Positions 23,878-36,445 of a stretch of 64,000 nt of DNA are shown piece by piece (position 1 is the stretch's first letter; every line of letters begins with the position of its first letter). Position numbers and translations under genes: made by a program. The notes under the pieces were generated by a model. It did no database searches, was not told where the DNA came from, and saw nothing but the letters and a program-made list of their open reading frames with translations. Source of the stretch: Chiloscyllium plagiosum (Eukaryota); assembly GCF_004010195.1 (NCBI RefSeq), contig NC_057753.1, positions 14,910,651 through 14,974,650 of the forward strand, given 5' to 3'.

Positions 23878-25574
23878 CTAAAGAGGGCACAGAAAACATG
23901 GTCTTTTTAGGGGTTTTATAACCGGCCACCCTCTTGCAATCGTTGGGTGCTAAACTCCAACCAAAAAGCAAAAATACTGCATTTCAACATTGAACGAGGA
24001 GCACAATCTTAAAATCAGAGTATCAGGAGACGACCATTTGGCCCCTTGATCCTATCCCCCTTGCCAGGGAGACCATGGATAATTTGTATGTTAATGCCAT
24101 CTACACATCTTCAATCTGTAACCTTTCTCTGGCACATCAAAGTGTCCAGAACTATGACACAATATGATGGAGGGGCTTTCAGAGATGGATAGCCATTTTC
24201 CCCCTCTGAAATACGTCCAGAGAAGGCAGTTGGAAATCTTCAGGTTTTAGATATAGATACACAATTTGACATCTGTTGTTATTCTGTCTGTTTTATTCCT
24301 TGCATATGGTCTCTTTGTGTTTCTCTCATTCTTTTTGTTGCCCTCCCACGCTCTGGCACTCCTGTGCTAGTTCCCTCTGGCTCGCTGTTCACTGTCTACC
24401 TCTCTGCGCTGTTATCGAGTCGCAGTTGCTTACTTTACAGTTCTCGATTTCACACACTCTCATTTCTCTCCTCACCCAGGATCTTCTCAGTCAGCCTTTC
24501 TCATTCCCTTGCATCAACTGTGCGGGGATAAATATTCTAGCCTGACAGCGTGGGTTTTATTTTTGAAATCTGGTTACTGTGGCAGTCGCTCGCTGAGCAC
24601 ATTCATGCCCGGTTGTCGATGTACTTTTAAGAAAAGAACAAATCTTTATTACCGAAAAGGAAAAGGGGGGGGGTTAAAAATGGTAAATCTAGACAGTATG
24701 GAAAGATCTTACTATGGAACAGCAAAAATGAATGTCCTTTTGCAGCCATTCTGCCCCAGTGAAATATCCCTCCGCTGTACACTTCAAGATGTCCTAACTG
24801 TGAATTCCTGCATTTGGTATTTTCTTTCAGAGATTTGATGCCCTTTCAGCGGATGTGACTGTCTCTGTCTCTGTTACTGTCTTTCCCCAAGGCGCACAGG
24901 CTTAATCACTTACTTTGTTCTGGCTGATGACTCCCTTGTCGCTGCTTCTTTTTTAAAACACAAAGTTTGGAGCTTTTTCCAGCTCTGTTGGCCTGAAGAC
25001 TTCTCCAAGCTTAAAAGCAGCTCTCTGCTGGGATTGATCTTTTCTGGTTCCCTGTGCCCCTGGCCCTCCCTTCCCTCACTTACAATAAACAGCGCTAATC
25101 TCACCAGGCGACTTGCTGAGTGATTTAACTTTGGCCACATCAATTCTTGGAAAGGCCGGCTTTAACTCACTCTTCCACATGCCATTCTGCTTCTCTCTCA
25201 GCCAAACAAAAAGGGTTGAAAATCAGAATCTCGTTTGTCTACATTTGGAGATGCCGGTGTTGGACTGGGGTGCCTGGCGTTTTTAACTTCGTTTGTCTAC
25301 AAGTTTTGAGCCCAAGTTCCCAAAAATGCTCCATCGTGAACTTTCCTGACAGTGCAGACGTACTTGTGTTGGTGCAGCTAGACTGAAAAGAGCAGAAGTT
25401 CAGCTCTACTACGACGCGATAAAATGCGGAGTATTTCTGTGATTATTCATCCTGCTGCCCAGTTAGTTAACTGCTGTGAAGGAGCCTGGACTCCTCCTGG
25501 GCTGCTGGATCAGAGACGACTTTCGAATTGTTTTAAATTCTTGGGCTGCACTGGCTGGGTCAGCATTTATTGTC

Positions 25575-25775
25575 GAGAGCGTGGTGCTGGAAAAGCACAG
25601 CAGGTCAGGCAGCGTCCGAGGAGCAGGAGAGTTGACGTTCCGTCAGGGTGAAGGGCCTTTTGCCCGAAACATCGATTCTCCTGCTCCTCGGACGCTGCTT
25701 TGACCTGCTGTGCTTTTCCAACGCCACCCTCTCTGGACTCTAATCTCCAGCATCTGCAGTCCTCACTTTCACCTC
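25575..25775. mobile_element. Short palindromic Penelope pLTR-derived element
   Basis: GTGCTGGAAAAGCACAGCAGGTCAGGCAGCGTCCGAGGAGCAGG... mirrored by ...CTCCTCGGACGCTGC...GCTGTGCTTTTCCA, with a decayed hammerhead in the centre. Confidence 0.75.
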
Positions 25776-26789
25776 AGCATTTACTGTCCAGTTACAAACC
25801 AACCACACTCTTCTCGATCTGAGTCACGTTAGGCCAGACCGGGTAATGACATGGGTGAACCATGATTTCTTTTTTCCCTTTCCCAACAATCAGCAAGACA
25901 TTTGATTCCATTTTTTTTTGTTTCTGAATCTCTGTCATGGTGGATTTGAACCGGGATTCCCAGAGCATTACCTGGGTCTCTGGATTGATCAGCTCGTGAT
26001 AATGCCAGTGCCTTCCCCATGGCTGACCGTGGATTCTGAGGTGGTTCAGGCAGGCCAAAGTGATTTCTGCTTCCCGGCTCCGTGCCGAGTGCTTCACTTC
26101 ATCTCCACGCCTCAGCGAGCTCCGCGATTCAAATCTTGCACATCCATCCAAAACGGGTGTGTGTAACTCCTCAGACAAGCTCCTCAGACTGTTCTAGAAC
26201 AATCCCACAGCATGGCGGAGCTCTCCGGCGCCAGGCTGAACGTCTGTTTCTCAGTTGAACGTAGGCGATCCTGGTGTCCGCTGTTTGTTTCCTTTTTGAA
26301 AAGTGAGGAAAGGAGTTTGACCCGGCGGCCTGGAAGAGACCGTGACCAAAGCAAATGATTTGGCCGGAGTCCAGTTGCCCGTTTGGCCTGCAAACCGTGG
26401 GCTGCGTTTCTTGCTTTACAACAGAGACGGCACTTCAGAAACTCCCTCGTTCGCGGTAGACTGCTGTGGGAGGTCCTGAAGAGGTGCCATGCAGAGAATA
26501 GTCACTCGTCCCTTTTGAGAGAGGATCCCGTTCACTGTTTCCACCCACCACTCTTTCTCCTTTCCTGATTTACATATTTCCTCTTGGAAAACGTACTCAC
26601 TTTATTTATGAAAATCAGCATTACATTTACTTTCACCACTCTCTCGACCAACTTATTCCAGATCAAAATTCATGGCGCCAGCAAATGTCATTCTCATCTC
26701 TCAGCTGGTTCTTTCTAAATTGGTGCTGTCTGCTTAGTTGCAATGCGAACAGCTTGTCCTTCTCTTTACTGCCATCAAAGCCCCTCCAT

Positions 26790-27066
26790 GTGTGGAAACA
26801 GGCCATTCAGCCCAGCAAACCCACCCTGACCCTATTACTCTACACACACCCCTGACTAATACGCCTAACCTACACATCCCTGAACACTACGGGCAATTCA
26901 GCGTGGCCTATTCACCTAACCTGCACACCTTTGGATTGTGGGAGGAAACCGGAGCACCCGGAGGAAACCCACGCAGACACGGGGAGAATGTGCAAACTCC
27001 ACACAGTCGCCCGAGGCTGGAATTGAACCCAGGTCCTGTGAGGCAGCACTGGACCACCGTGCCGCC
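26790..27066 (-). mobile_element. HE1-type SINE
   Basis: Reverse complement of the SINE at 21970-22290. Confidence 0.85.
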
Positions 27067-27176
27067 CTAATCTGTCTAGGAGAAACCATCCCAACTTCTC
27101 AAAGTTCTCCACACAGCAGGAGTACAGGGGGTTTGCCTGAAAAGGACACGAGAACGCGGTTAGTTTGATGCAGTAC

Positions 27177-27318
27177 CTGTGACACAGATGTCGGTGAACA
27201 GGAGCAGTACGATGGTCTGTCCGCTAACAGACTGGATGCACACCGCGCCTTTGGAGCAGGCGAGGTTGCTGGTAATCCTGAGTGCCCCGAGGCACAGAGT
27301 CCTCTCTGTCAGCCCCAT
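27177..27318 (-). CDS. Nested antisense gene, exon 1 (from first in-frame ATG; may extend to ~27440)
   Basis: MGLTERTLCLGALRITSNLACSKGAVCIQSVSGQTIVLLLFTDICVT then ACAG|gtactg donor; 142 nt (phase 1) matches the exon 2 acceptor. The frame stays open upstream (...AILSLWK) to a stop near 27443. Confidence 0.65.
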
Positions 27319-28300
27319 CTTCCACAAAGAAAGAATGGCTGCACACGACAGCACGCCTTCACTTCTCCGAAGCAGCAACCGAACGCAGCTCCATGTAAAA
27401 ACGGACCCGGACACCGGATGAAAGGGATGGCTGCTCTTGAACTAGCCTGAGGGGCTTGTCTTTCCCCTCACCTGGTCATTTGCAGTGGCTCAGAACCGGT
27501 GTGAGTCACTGTTCAGAGCCAGTCGGGCAGAGGACTCTCTGATGTTTTACATAGCTGCCGCTGTTTCTCAGCAGACAGGCAAGCACTTGGTATTTGCTTT
27601 AGAGCAGGTCTAACCTGTTACAACACGAGTCTAGCACACACACACACGCACACAAGAGGGGGTGGGGTTTGGGGAAAGGGAGACCAGGGAATGGTAAATC
27701 CCAGTCCAAACAATGCGCTTTTGGAACTGGGAGGATTACAGAGATGCTATAATGGTGTTGGCATTCGGCTCGGACCTGTTTTAAATGGGATGTTTTAGGC
27801 CTCTCCCACGTGTCCCCTCAAATCCTTCTCCAGTGCCCCTTGCGGCCTCACCGTGAACAGTGGTTGAGAGTTTTGTGTGGCTCTCGCTCTGACTTGGCGA
27901 TGCCATCCTTTTCCTGCTGCCCTACTGTTCCTGGCGATGTCCCCAAGGCTGTAACCCCGTTCCTGTTCGTCATTGTGACATGTGAGAGCACACCGTTCGT
28001 TTTCACAGATACACTGACCTGTGGCCTGTTCCACCTTGCCCGCCACCTCTCTCGGCTCTTCCACCATCCTGGAATTATGGCCGTGCCCGTCTCCCGCCCA
28101 GTACTGGGGCGGCAGAAAGTTCCTGCTGTAGCCGTCGCTTTCGGTCCCCACTGAGCAATCTGCCCTGATCCACCCACTCCCGTCCGTCCACCTGGGGGCA
28201 GATGGAGACTAAGCCAGTTTCTTTGTGAACTTGGTGGGGTGTCAGACTCTGGTGGTGCAGTTAAGCCACTGCTCTGGGACCCACCACCACCTGGACTCCG

Positions 28301-29279
28301 CCCCCCCACCCCCAACCCTCCTGCAGCCAATGTTTCCCACACCGATTCCTGGGATGGCAGGACTGACAGATGGAGAAAGACCGGATCGATTAGGGGACGA
28401 TATTCACTGGGACTGTGGAAGAATAAGGAGAGTGGGGGGGGGGGGACCTCCATGAAATTTAGACAGGGCAGACGCAGTATATTCTCTGACCGTGCAGACC
28501 AGAAACCAGGGGCACAGTCGAAGGATACAGGGTAAGGCCGTTTAGGATTGGCGTGAGGAGACATTTTTTCATCCGGAGACTGAGCCCAGGGGAATTCTCT
28601 GGCCATTGGCAGTTTTTGTGTGGTTCAGCTGCCTGAGAACCAATCAGATAATTGTTGCTGGGCAGAACACCTCCTGACGAAGGGCTCATGCCCGAAACGT
28701 GGATTCTCCTGCTCCTCGGATGCTGCCTGACCTGCCGCGCTTTCCCAGCCACACACTTTTCAGCTGCGAACACCTTTTGTCACGGATTCCCCCCCTCCCC
28801 ACCCCCAACCCTCCTGCAGCCAATGTTTCCCACACGGATTCCTGGGATGGCAGGACTGACAGATGGAGAAAGACCGGATCGATTAGGGGACGATATTCAC
28901 TGGGACTGTGGAAGAATAAGGAGAGCGGGGGTGGGGGGACCTCCATGAAATTCTAACAGGGCTAGACAGGGCAGACACAGTATATTCTCTGACCGTGCAG
29001 ACCAGAAACCAGGGGCACAGTCGAAGGGTAAGGCCGTTTAGGATTGGCGTGAGGAGACATTTCTTCATCCGGAGACTGAGCCCAGGGGAATTCTCTGGCC
29101 ATTGGCTGTTCTTGTGTGGTTCAGCTGCCTGAGAACCAATCAGATAATTGTTGCTGGGCAGAACACCTCCTGAGGAAGGGCTCATGCCCGAAACGTGGAT
29201 TCTCCTGCTCCTCGGATGCTGCCTGACCTGCCGCGCTTTCCCAGCCACACACTTTTCAGCTGCGAACACCTTTTGTCAC
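28301..29279 (+). repeat. Tandem duplication of a ~490-bp unit
   Basis: CCCCAACCCTCCTGCAGCCAATG...CACCTTTTGTCAC occurs twice. Each copy includes a CR1 scrap and a pLTR-derived segment with a hammerhead-like head. Confidence 0.9.
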
Positions 29280-30459
29280 TGGTCTGCAGACTGATGCTCG
29301 GTCACCAATCAGCTCCTCCCTGCAGGCCGAGTCTCCGTTGAAACATTCCCACGTGGCTCCGGCCTGTGTGTAAAGTTCACCCTGACTGGAGCCGGCACCT
29401 CTGTAAATGAGGGCTGTTTTAAATAAACGGTAATCCTTCAGCTCGCCTTCATTCTCAAACCAGTTCTTCTCCCTTTTCGGTCCACAGTTAAAGATACAGT
29501 AAAACAAAAAGGCACGGTAGTGACACCTTCTCCCACCTTGTCACTCCTCTGCCAGTACGCCTCTAGTTCTTCTCCCCTATACGTCCCACACTTCAGTTCC
29601 TAAAGTCTGGAATTTCTCTCCGCTATCCCGTTGCATCTCTCTCTGCCCCCTTGTCTCCGGCACTCTCTTCCTCTAATTCCCGACGCCTTTGGTCATCTGC
29701 CCCAGTCTCTCCTTTTGTGAATCAGTGTCGTGTTTTGTCTGTCCACCCATCCCTGGCCTACCCCTTCCTCCTCCTCGCCTGCCAAGTATACCTGCCTGCT
29801 TATCTTGTGCGCCCTCGTCCCTCTCCCCTCCTCCGTCCCTTGCTCACTCACTTCTAATCCCTCGGAACCAATGCCCAACACCTGCCGACCTGTTCCTAAC
29901 CCCAGGCGAGCTGAGATTGTAAACGGTTCTCTGACGGCACCAGCCTCTTCCCCCCCCCCCCCCAACCTACCCACACCCAGCGTCGTTCCTTCTCCTCAGC
30001 CACATCTGATAGTGACCCCTCTGCCTGTCTTTACAAGCTGTGACACACCCTCCTCCACCGACTCCTCTCCCCTTTCCTCTCCCTGCACCAGCTTTCCCAA
30101 CCATTGCTGGTGACTGATTCACCCGGGAAAAACCCGACGCCGTTGGCTTTCAGCCTCACCGCAGACGTTGTTTGCTCACCATCGACTCCGTCCCAGTCCT
30201 CGGCTGCTGTCAGAGGCAGAACCAGACGGGTCGCAACCTTTGGTGTCCTGTTGGACATGCACACCCTCCCCTTCCACCCACCGCCCCCAGCTTTCTCTTG
30301 ACCAAGAGGGCTGGCATTGTCTGACCACCCACACCCGAACCCCTTCTCCGGAGAGGGGCTCCAATCAACACCTCCCGGACCCTGAGGCAGAATCACGTGC
30401 ATGACCTTTGACACTGCTGTGGCTGTTGCCAAAACGATGGGTCAGTTCTGTTTTTTTAG

Positions 30460-30760
30460 ATTACATTACATTACAGTGTGGAAACAGGCCCTTCGGCCCA
30501 ACAAGTCCACACTGACCCGCCGAAGCGCAACCCACCCATACATTTACCCCTTACCTAACACTACGGGCAATTTAGCCTGGTCAGTTCACCTGACCTGCAC
30601 ATCTTTGTGACTGTGGGAGGAAACCGGAGCACCCGGAGGAAACCCACGCAGACAAGGGGAGAATGTGCAAACTCCACACAGTCAGTCGCCTGAGGCGGGA
30701 ATTGAACCCGGGTCTCTGGCGCTGTGAGGCAGCAGTGCTAACCACTGTGCCACCGTGCCG
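30460..30760 (-). mobile_element. HE1-type SINE
   Basis: (ATTAC)n tail on the + strand; head ends ...CCACTGTGCCACCGTGCC. Confidence 0.88.
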
Positions 30761-31487
30761 TGTTCGAACGGGAGGTGTGGAGTTAAAGTTCCGCACGTGC
30801 ATGTTTTTTTTTAAATTCGTTCACAGCATTTATTCAAGCCCATCCCATTTATTGCCCATCCCAAAATGCCCAGAGGGTAGTTGAGAGTCAACCACATTGC
30901 TGTGGGTCTGTAGGCCAGACCGGGTAAGGATGGCAGATTCTGTCCCGTTAGTGAACCAGATGCGTTTTTCCTGACAGTCAGCAATGGATTCACAGTCGTT
31001 ATTAAACTCTTCCTTCCTCCCAGATTGTGCGTGAGTTCAAATTACACCATCTGCCGTGGCGGGGTTTGAACCCAGGTCCCCTGAGCACTGCCTGGGTTTC
31101 TGGATTATTCCTGATGAAGGGCTTCTGCCTGAGCTGCTGTGCTTTTCCAGCACCACGCTCTCGACTCTGATCTCCAGTATATGCGGCCCTCCCTTTTACT
31201 GGATGAACCGCCGAGCGGTAATCCCATTAAGGGCCTGGAAAAGGATCGGGTGACACCCCCCGTGCGCCAGCCTCGATGTTGTTATTCGGGGCTTGCGCGT
31301 TTTATAACCAGCTGTTTACTTCGCAGGTTTGACGTCTGTTTGACCAGTCACAGCGACCGACCGACGGCCTTTCGAAGCGTTCACTGCCTTCTGTGGGGGC
31401 GGGGGGGGGCCAGTCGAGGTCTTAGTAGAAATAGCCTCCGACTGTTGGCCCTGTGTGTGGCTGACTTGTCCTTTCTTCTCCTTGCAG

Positions 31488-31613
31488 GCTGAGTATGACT
31501 CCATGCTCCTGGAATACGCCGGGGAAGGCATCCCCCTTCTGGCTGCTGCCGTGGGAGGACAGATCTTTGCCCCGTACTTTGCTGGCTTCCTCCCCCTGTT
31601 GCTGGGTAAAACG
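31488..31613 (+). CDS. IPO4: Importin-4 exon
   Basis: ttgcag|...|gtgcgt; AEYDSMLLEYAGEGIPLLAAAVGGQIFAPYFAGFLPLLLGKT (human AEYDAMLLEHAGEAIPALAAAAGG). Confidence 0.96.
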
Positions 31614-32690
31614 GTGCGTGTGCTCGGTAGGTGGGGGGGGTGGGGGAAGACTTTGGTTCGGTTTGAGCCGTGAAACCGAGAGTGGGAAAGAGGCACTGCC
31701 CACGGTCAGGGCAACCAGCTGCTGCAGTTTGGGGGGAATGGGCGTGGTATGTCAATGCGGGGAGTAACGTGACAGGAGTAAAACCCTCATTTATTTGCCG
31801 GTTGTGGGACATGGGCATCGCTGGGTGGGTCCAGCATTTATCGCTCGCCCCCCCCCCCGTCCCGTCCCGTCCCCGTCCCTGTCCCTGTCCCTAGTTGTCC
31901 GCTTGAGAGGGTGATAGTAAGTTGCCTTCTTGAACTGCTGCAGTCCATGCGCTGTAGGGTAGACCCACAATGTCCCTGAGGGAGGGAATTCCAGGAGTTT
32001 GATACTGAAAGATCCTGTGTGTCTCTCTCTCTCTCTCTCTCTCTCCCCCTCTCTGTCCCTCAAGCATGTACCCAGATCCTCAGTTCCTCAAATATGTCCC
32101 CAGTTCCAAGCCAGCGTTGAATACACGCACTCTGCTGTGAAGTGTTTGGGTGCGGTATTTAGAATATCTGCCGTGACAGGACAACTGGTCAAACGGTCAG
32201 CACTCTCTCCTGTAGCCTCTTCCTCCCTGACTGCTGGGGAAGGCAAAAGAAAGCTCATGGCCAGTCGCAAAAAATACCCCTAGGCCAACTGTCTCGAAAA
32301 GGGCTAGGCAGGCCTGGAGGGGCGGAATGGCTTGTACTTCAAGCAACCAGCACGCAAGGAGCAGCGGAAGATGGGTTAGGAGGAACGGAGGCAGGTGGGC
32401 TTGTTTTTTTTTTAAAGCAAGGGGAGGGATTGAAAGTGAGTGCTGAAGGGGCCGGTGCAGCCAAACGTGGGTGACACAAAGGCGTACAGTCTGGGAGAAG
32501 GCAGAGACAGGGCCCTGGGCTGGCACACTGTGAGGCCGCAGCATGGAGGCAGGAGAATTCCGTCGCGCCCACGTTTTTCAAAGCCTCGAGTTTGTTTCCG
32601 GATTCCCCCCTATTGTCCTGGAACCCTGCATCCCTCCCTGAGATTGCTGCAGGAATGCTTTTTGATCTGTCGTGTGTGTGTGTGCTGCAG

Positions 32691-32899
32691 AAGCCCAGCT
32701 GCACGGTGGCTGAGAAATCCTTTGCCATTGGATCGATCGCAGAGACGGTGCAGGCCATGGGGCCGGCGACGGTGCAGTTTGTTCCCCGGCTGCTGCCCAT
32801 GCTGCAGGCTGGGGCGCGGGACACCGACGACGAGGTGCGCAGCAATTCGGTCTTCGGCATTGGTGTTCTTGCCGAGCAAGGGAAAGAAGCCATCTTCGA
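32691..32899 (+). CDS. IPO4: Importin-4 exon
   Basis: ctgcag|KPSCTVAEKSFAIGSIAETVQAMG...EVRSNSVFGIGVLAEQGKEAIF; ends GA|gtatcct (phase 2). Confidence 0.95.
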
Positions 32900-33862
32900 G
32901 TATCCTGGGCCCCGCTGCCGAATGGGGGGGACGTGGCAGGGTCGGGGGGGTCTGTGTGTGNNNNNNNNNNNNNNNNNNNNNNNNNNNNNNNNNNNNNNNN
33001 NNNNNNNNNNNNNNNNNNNNNNNNNNNNNNNNNNNNNCGCTGACCCTCCGACAGCACCCGCTCCCTCAGCGCTGACCCTCCGACAGCGCGGTGTTGGGAT
33101 TGTCAGCGTGGGTTGTGTGTGTTCCAGTTAATTCAGTGCCACAGACGGATGACTCAGAGCTGAGAAAATGACACACTGATCCACAGTTTAATCTTGAATT
33201 GCACACCCAGTTCTTTGGAGAGCTCCTGAGGACAGGACAGACATTCTGTGAATGTTCCTGTATTTATCACGTGTGCTTCCAAGTGTTGCGTTACAGGGAA
33301 GTGGCGTGGCTGACTCTGGATCACTCTTGTTTACGCAATGACCTGCTGTAATTGGGGCTGCCTGCCTGAAAGCAGATTAAACAGGCACTTTCACCATAAT
33401 CCCTGAGAGGGCACAGAGCTCAGAGGCTGCTTGGGGCAAGACAGCAGGGTTATGTTGAGCAGCGCTGTCTCGGGGCTGTCACCATCTCGATGGGCCAAAG
33501 GGACTGGCCCCTCTGTGATCCAGCGCTGCTTATCAGGCACCCGAATTGTCAGAAAATTAACCACGCCCTCGGCACAGCGCTCTTACCGTGAGACAGCGGC
33601 AAGGGAGGGTCAGGCTGAGGCTGAAAGAGGGGGTGTATTGATTTGACACCTTTGGGCCCACCCCCAATGAAGTACTTTCTCCGAATCGCCGTCACTGCTG
33701 GAGGGGGTGCAGTGAGCTCCCACAGCAGCGATGGGGAATTGGCCCAAGCCACCTGGGTTGTTGTTCCCCCAGTGTTGGTCACAGGACACCAAGGAGCATG
33801 GCATCCTGAGAGAGACAGCTCACTGAGCCTCCGTATAACGCTCCGTCTTGAGAGAACTGCAT

Positions 33863-34086
33863 TGTGTGTGTACGTGTGTGTGTGATGTATAGGTGTGTGT
33901 CTGTGCGTGTGTGTGTCTGTGCGTGTGTGTGTCTGTGCGTGTCTGTACGTGTGTGTCTGTACGTGTACAGGTGTGTGTGTGTGTGTGTACAGGTGTGTGT
34001 GTACAGGTGTGTGTCTGTACGTGTACGTGTGTGTCTATAAGTGTGTGTCTCTATACGTGTGTGTGTGTGTGTACGTGTGTGTACGT
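33863..34086 (+). repeat. Imperfect (GT)n microsatellite
   Basis: TGTGTG runs interrupted by TAC/CT. Confidence 0.9.
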
Positions 34087-34104
34087 GGTTGAGCAGTGGA
34101 AGTG

Positions 34105-35598
34105 GTGTACGTTAACTTCACCAAGGCATTTGGTAAGGTTCCCCATGGTAGGCTCATTCATAAAGTCAGGAGGTATGGGATACAGGGAGGTTTGGCTATC
34201 TGGATTCAGAATTAGCTGGCTGACAGGAGGCAGAGAGTGGTTGTAGATGGAAAGTCTTCTGCCTGGAGGTCAGTGGTGAGTGGGGTCCTGCAGGGGTCTG
34301 TACTTGGGCCTCTGCCCTTTGTAGTTTTTATAAATGACTTGGATGAGGAGGTTGAGGGGGTGGGTTAGTAAACTTGCAGATGACACAAAGGTTGGGGGTG
34401 GCGTCGATAGTATAGAGGGCTACTGCAGGCTATAGCGCGACATAGACAGGATGCAGAGCTGGGCCGAGAAATGGCAGATGGAGTTCAACCTGGATAAATG
34501 CGAAGTAATGCATTTTGGAAGGTCGAACTCGAATGCTGAATATAGGATTAAAGACAGGATTCTTGGCAGTGTGGAGGAACAGAGGAATCTGGGTGTGCAG
34601 GTACATAGATCCCTCAAAGTTGCCACCCAAGTGATTAGATTACATTACAGTGTGGAAACAGGCCCTTCGGCCCAACAAGTCCACACCGACCCGCCGAAGC
34701 GAAACCCACCCATACCCCTACATTTACCCCTTATCTAACACTACGGGCAATTCAGTTTAGCCAATTCACCTGACCCTGCACATCTTTGTGACTGTGGGAG
34801 GAAACCGGAGCACCCGGAGGAAACCCACGCAGACACGGGGAGAATGTGCAAACTCCACAGTCAGTCGCCCGAGGCGGGAATTGAACCCGGGTCTCTGGCG
34901 CTGTGAGGCAGCAGTGCTAACCACTGTGCCACCGTGCCGCCCACAAGTGGATAGGGTTGTTAAGAAACCATATGGTGTTTTGGCCTTCATTAACAGGGGG
35001 CTGGAGTTTAAGAGCCGTGAGGTTTTGCTGCAGCTCTACAAGTCCCTGGTGAGACCACACTTGGAATATTGTGTCCAGTTCTGGTCACCCTACTATAGGA
35101 AAGATACAGAGGCTTTGGAGAGTGTGAAAAGAAGGTTTACCAGGATGCTGCCTGGACTGGAGGGCTTGCCTTATGAAGAAAGGTTGAATAAGCTCGGACT
35201 CTTCTCTCTGGAGAGAAGGAGGAAGAGAGGAGACCTGATCGAGGTGTACAAAGTAATGAGAGGAATAGATAGAGTCAATAGCCAGAGACTTTTCCCCAGG
35301 GCAGGACTGACTGGTACGAGGGGTCCTCATTTTAAGATATTAGGAGAAGGGTAGAAAGGAGACGTCAGAGGTAGGTTCTTTACGCAGAGAGTTGTGAATA
35401 CTTGGAATGCATTGCCAGCAGTGATGGTGGAAGCAGAGTCATGGGGACATTTAAGCGAACGCTAGACATGCACAAGGACAGCAGTGAGTTGAGGGGAGTG
35501 TAGGTTAGGGTTATTTTATTTCAGATTAGGAATAATCCTTGGCATGACATTGTGGGCCAATGGGCCTGTTCTGTGCTGCACTGTTCTCTGTTCTATGT
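34105..35598 (+). mobile_element. CR1 LINE 3' portion (RT to tail) interrupted by a SINE
   Basis: 'LADDTKVGG', 'WAEKWQMEFNLDKCEVMHFG', 'LYKSLVRPHLEYCVQFWSPYY', 3' tail GGGCCTGTTCTGTGCTG. Confidence 0.93.
34634..34941 (-). mobile_element. HE1-type SINE inserted into CR1
   Basis: Splits CR1 ...KVATQV|DRVVKK...; CAAGTG is duplicated on both sides. Confidence 0.88.
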
Positions 35599-35785
35599 CC
35601 GAGACCTGCACGTAGGGCCGAGCGTTCCTGTTGTTGTTATTATTATTATTATGAGCTGCGTTCCAGTCTCCTGGCATTCCCTGTGAAAGTTGAGGTATTG
35701 ACTGGGAGGGAGTGAAGCACACTAACGGTCTCGCTGGGAGCGCTGGAGAATCAATCCCTGGTCAGTCCTTAACGTTCCTCTGCAG

Positions 35786-35918
35786 CCACTATCCGTCCCT
35801 TTTGAACATTCTGTCGTCCATCATAGCCCGAGAGCAAAACCGGCGTGTGGTGGACAACGTCTGTGGGGCTGTGTCCCGGATGATGATGACGAATCTGCCT
35901 GGAGTCCCCGTGGAGCAG
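35786..35918 (+). CDS. IPO4: Importin-4 exon
   Basis: HYPSLLNILSSIIAREQNRRVVDNVCGAVSRMMMTNLPGVPVEQ|gtactg (human HFPKLLGLL...RVRDNICGALARL). Confidence 0.94.
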
Positions 35919-36445
35919 GTACTGGGCACTTCCTTGGGACGTTCAGCCGCAAAGACGTAGTTGGGGGGGGAGGGGGGGGGGGATCTGACCTGTCAAGCTG
36001 CTCAGTCCTGGCCGGGGGAAGGTGTCTGGTTGATGTCCATGAGCCCAACTTCCCAAATGGGCCAGGCACCCACTGGGTGGGTCCTGGAACAAGGGACGAC
36101 AAGGCAATCCCGTTTGCTGGTGGAGCATTCCTGGTCCAGCCTGCTGGACGGTGGGTAAGGTGCTGGAAGACACCCCCTTGAGGGGAGAGATAGCAGAGAG
36201 TGAGCTGAGCAGCTCTCTCTGCCACTGGCTCTGCCAATAACTGACTCTGTGCTGTGAAACCCTCCCAACACCTCAGTAACTGTCCCATGCTTCTTGCCCT
36301 CTCTCCCGCTCTGACCAGGGGGAAAGGTTTCACCAGGAAGCTCACAGTGCAGGGGCCAGGATGGCAGTGATCAGTCCCTCCGAACACTGCTCACGATAAC
36401 TGTATGAAGAGAGATTAACGGACCTTCTCTGTACTTTCTCAAAAG

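Larger units (their letters stand above)
32900..35785 (+). other. IPO4: U12-type (minor spliceosome) GT-AG intron of IPO4
   Basis: 5' splice site GTATCCT; branch site TCCTTAAC at 35766-35773, 12 nt before the end of the CAG acceptor; the join keeps the frame (IFD-HYP). Confidence 0.85.

Noticed and set aside
27795-28606. 252-aa and overlapping ORFs upstream of the nested gene
   Set aside because: Partly built from a CR1 scrap and a duplicated unit, with no recognisable domain; splicing to the candidate acceptor near 27447 does not enter the membrane-protein frame.
29693-30432. Pro/Ser-rich overlapping ORFs
   Set aside because: Low-complexity pyrimidine-rich intron sequence with no splice-consistent or domain support.
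33893-34246. Cys/Val-rich ORFs
   Set aside because: Translation of a (GT)n microsatellite.
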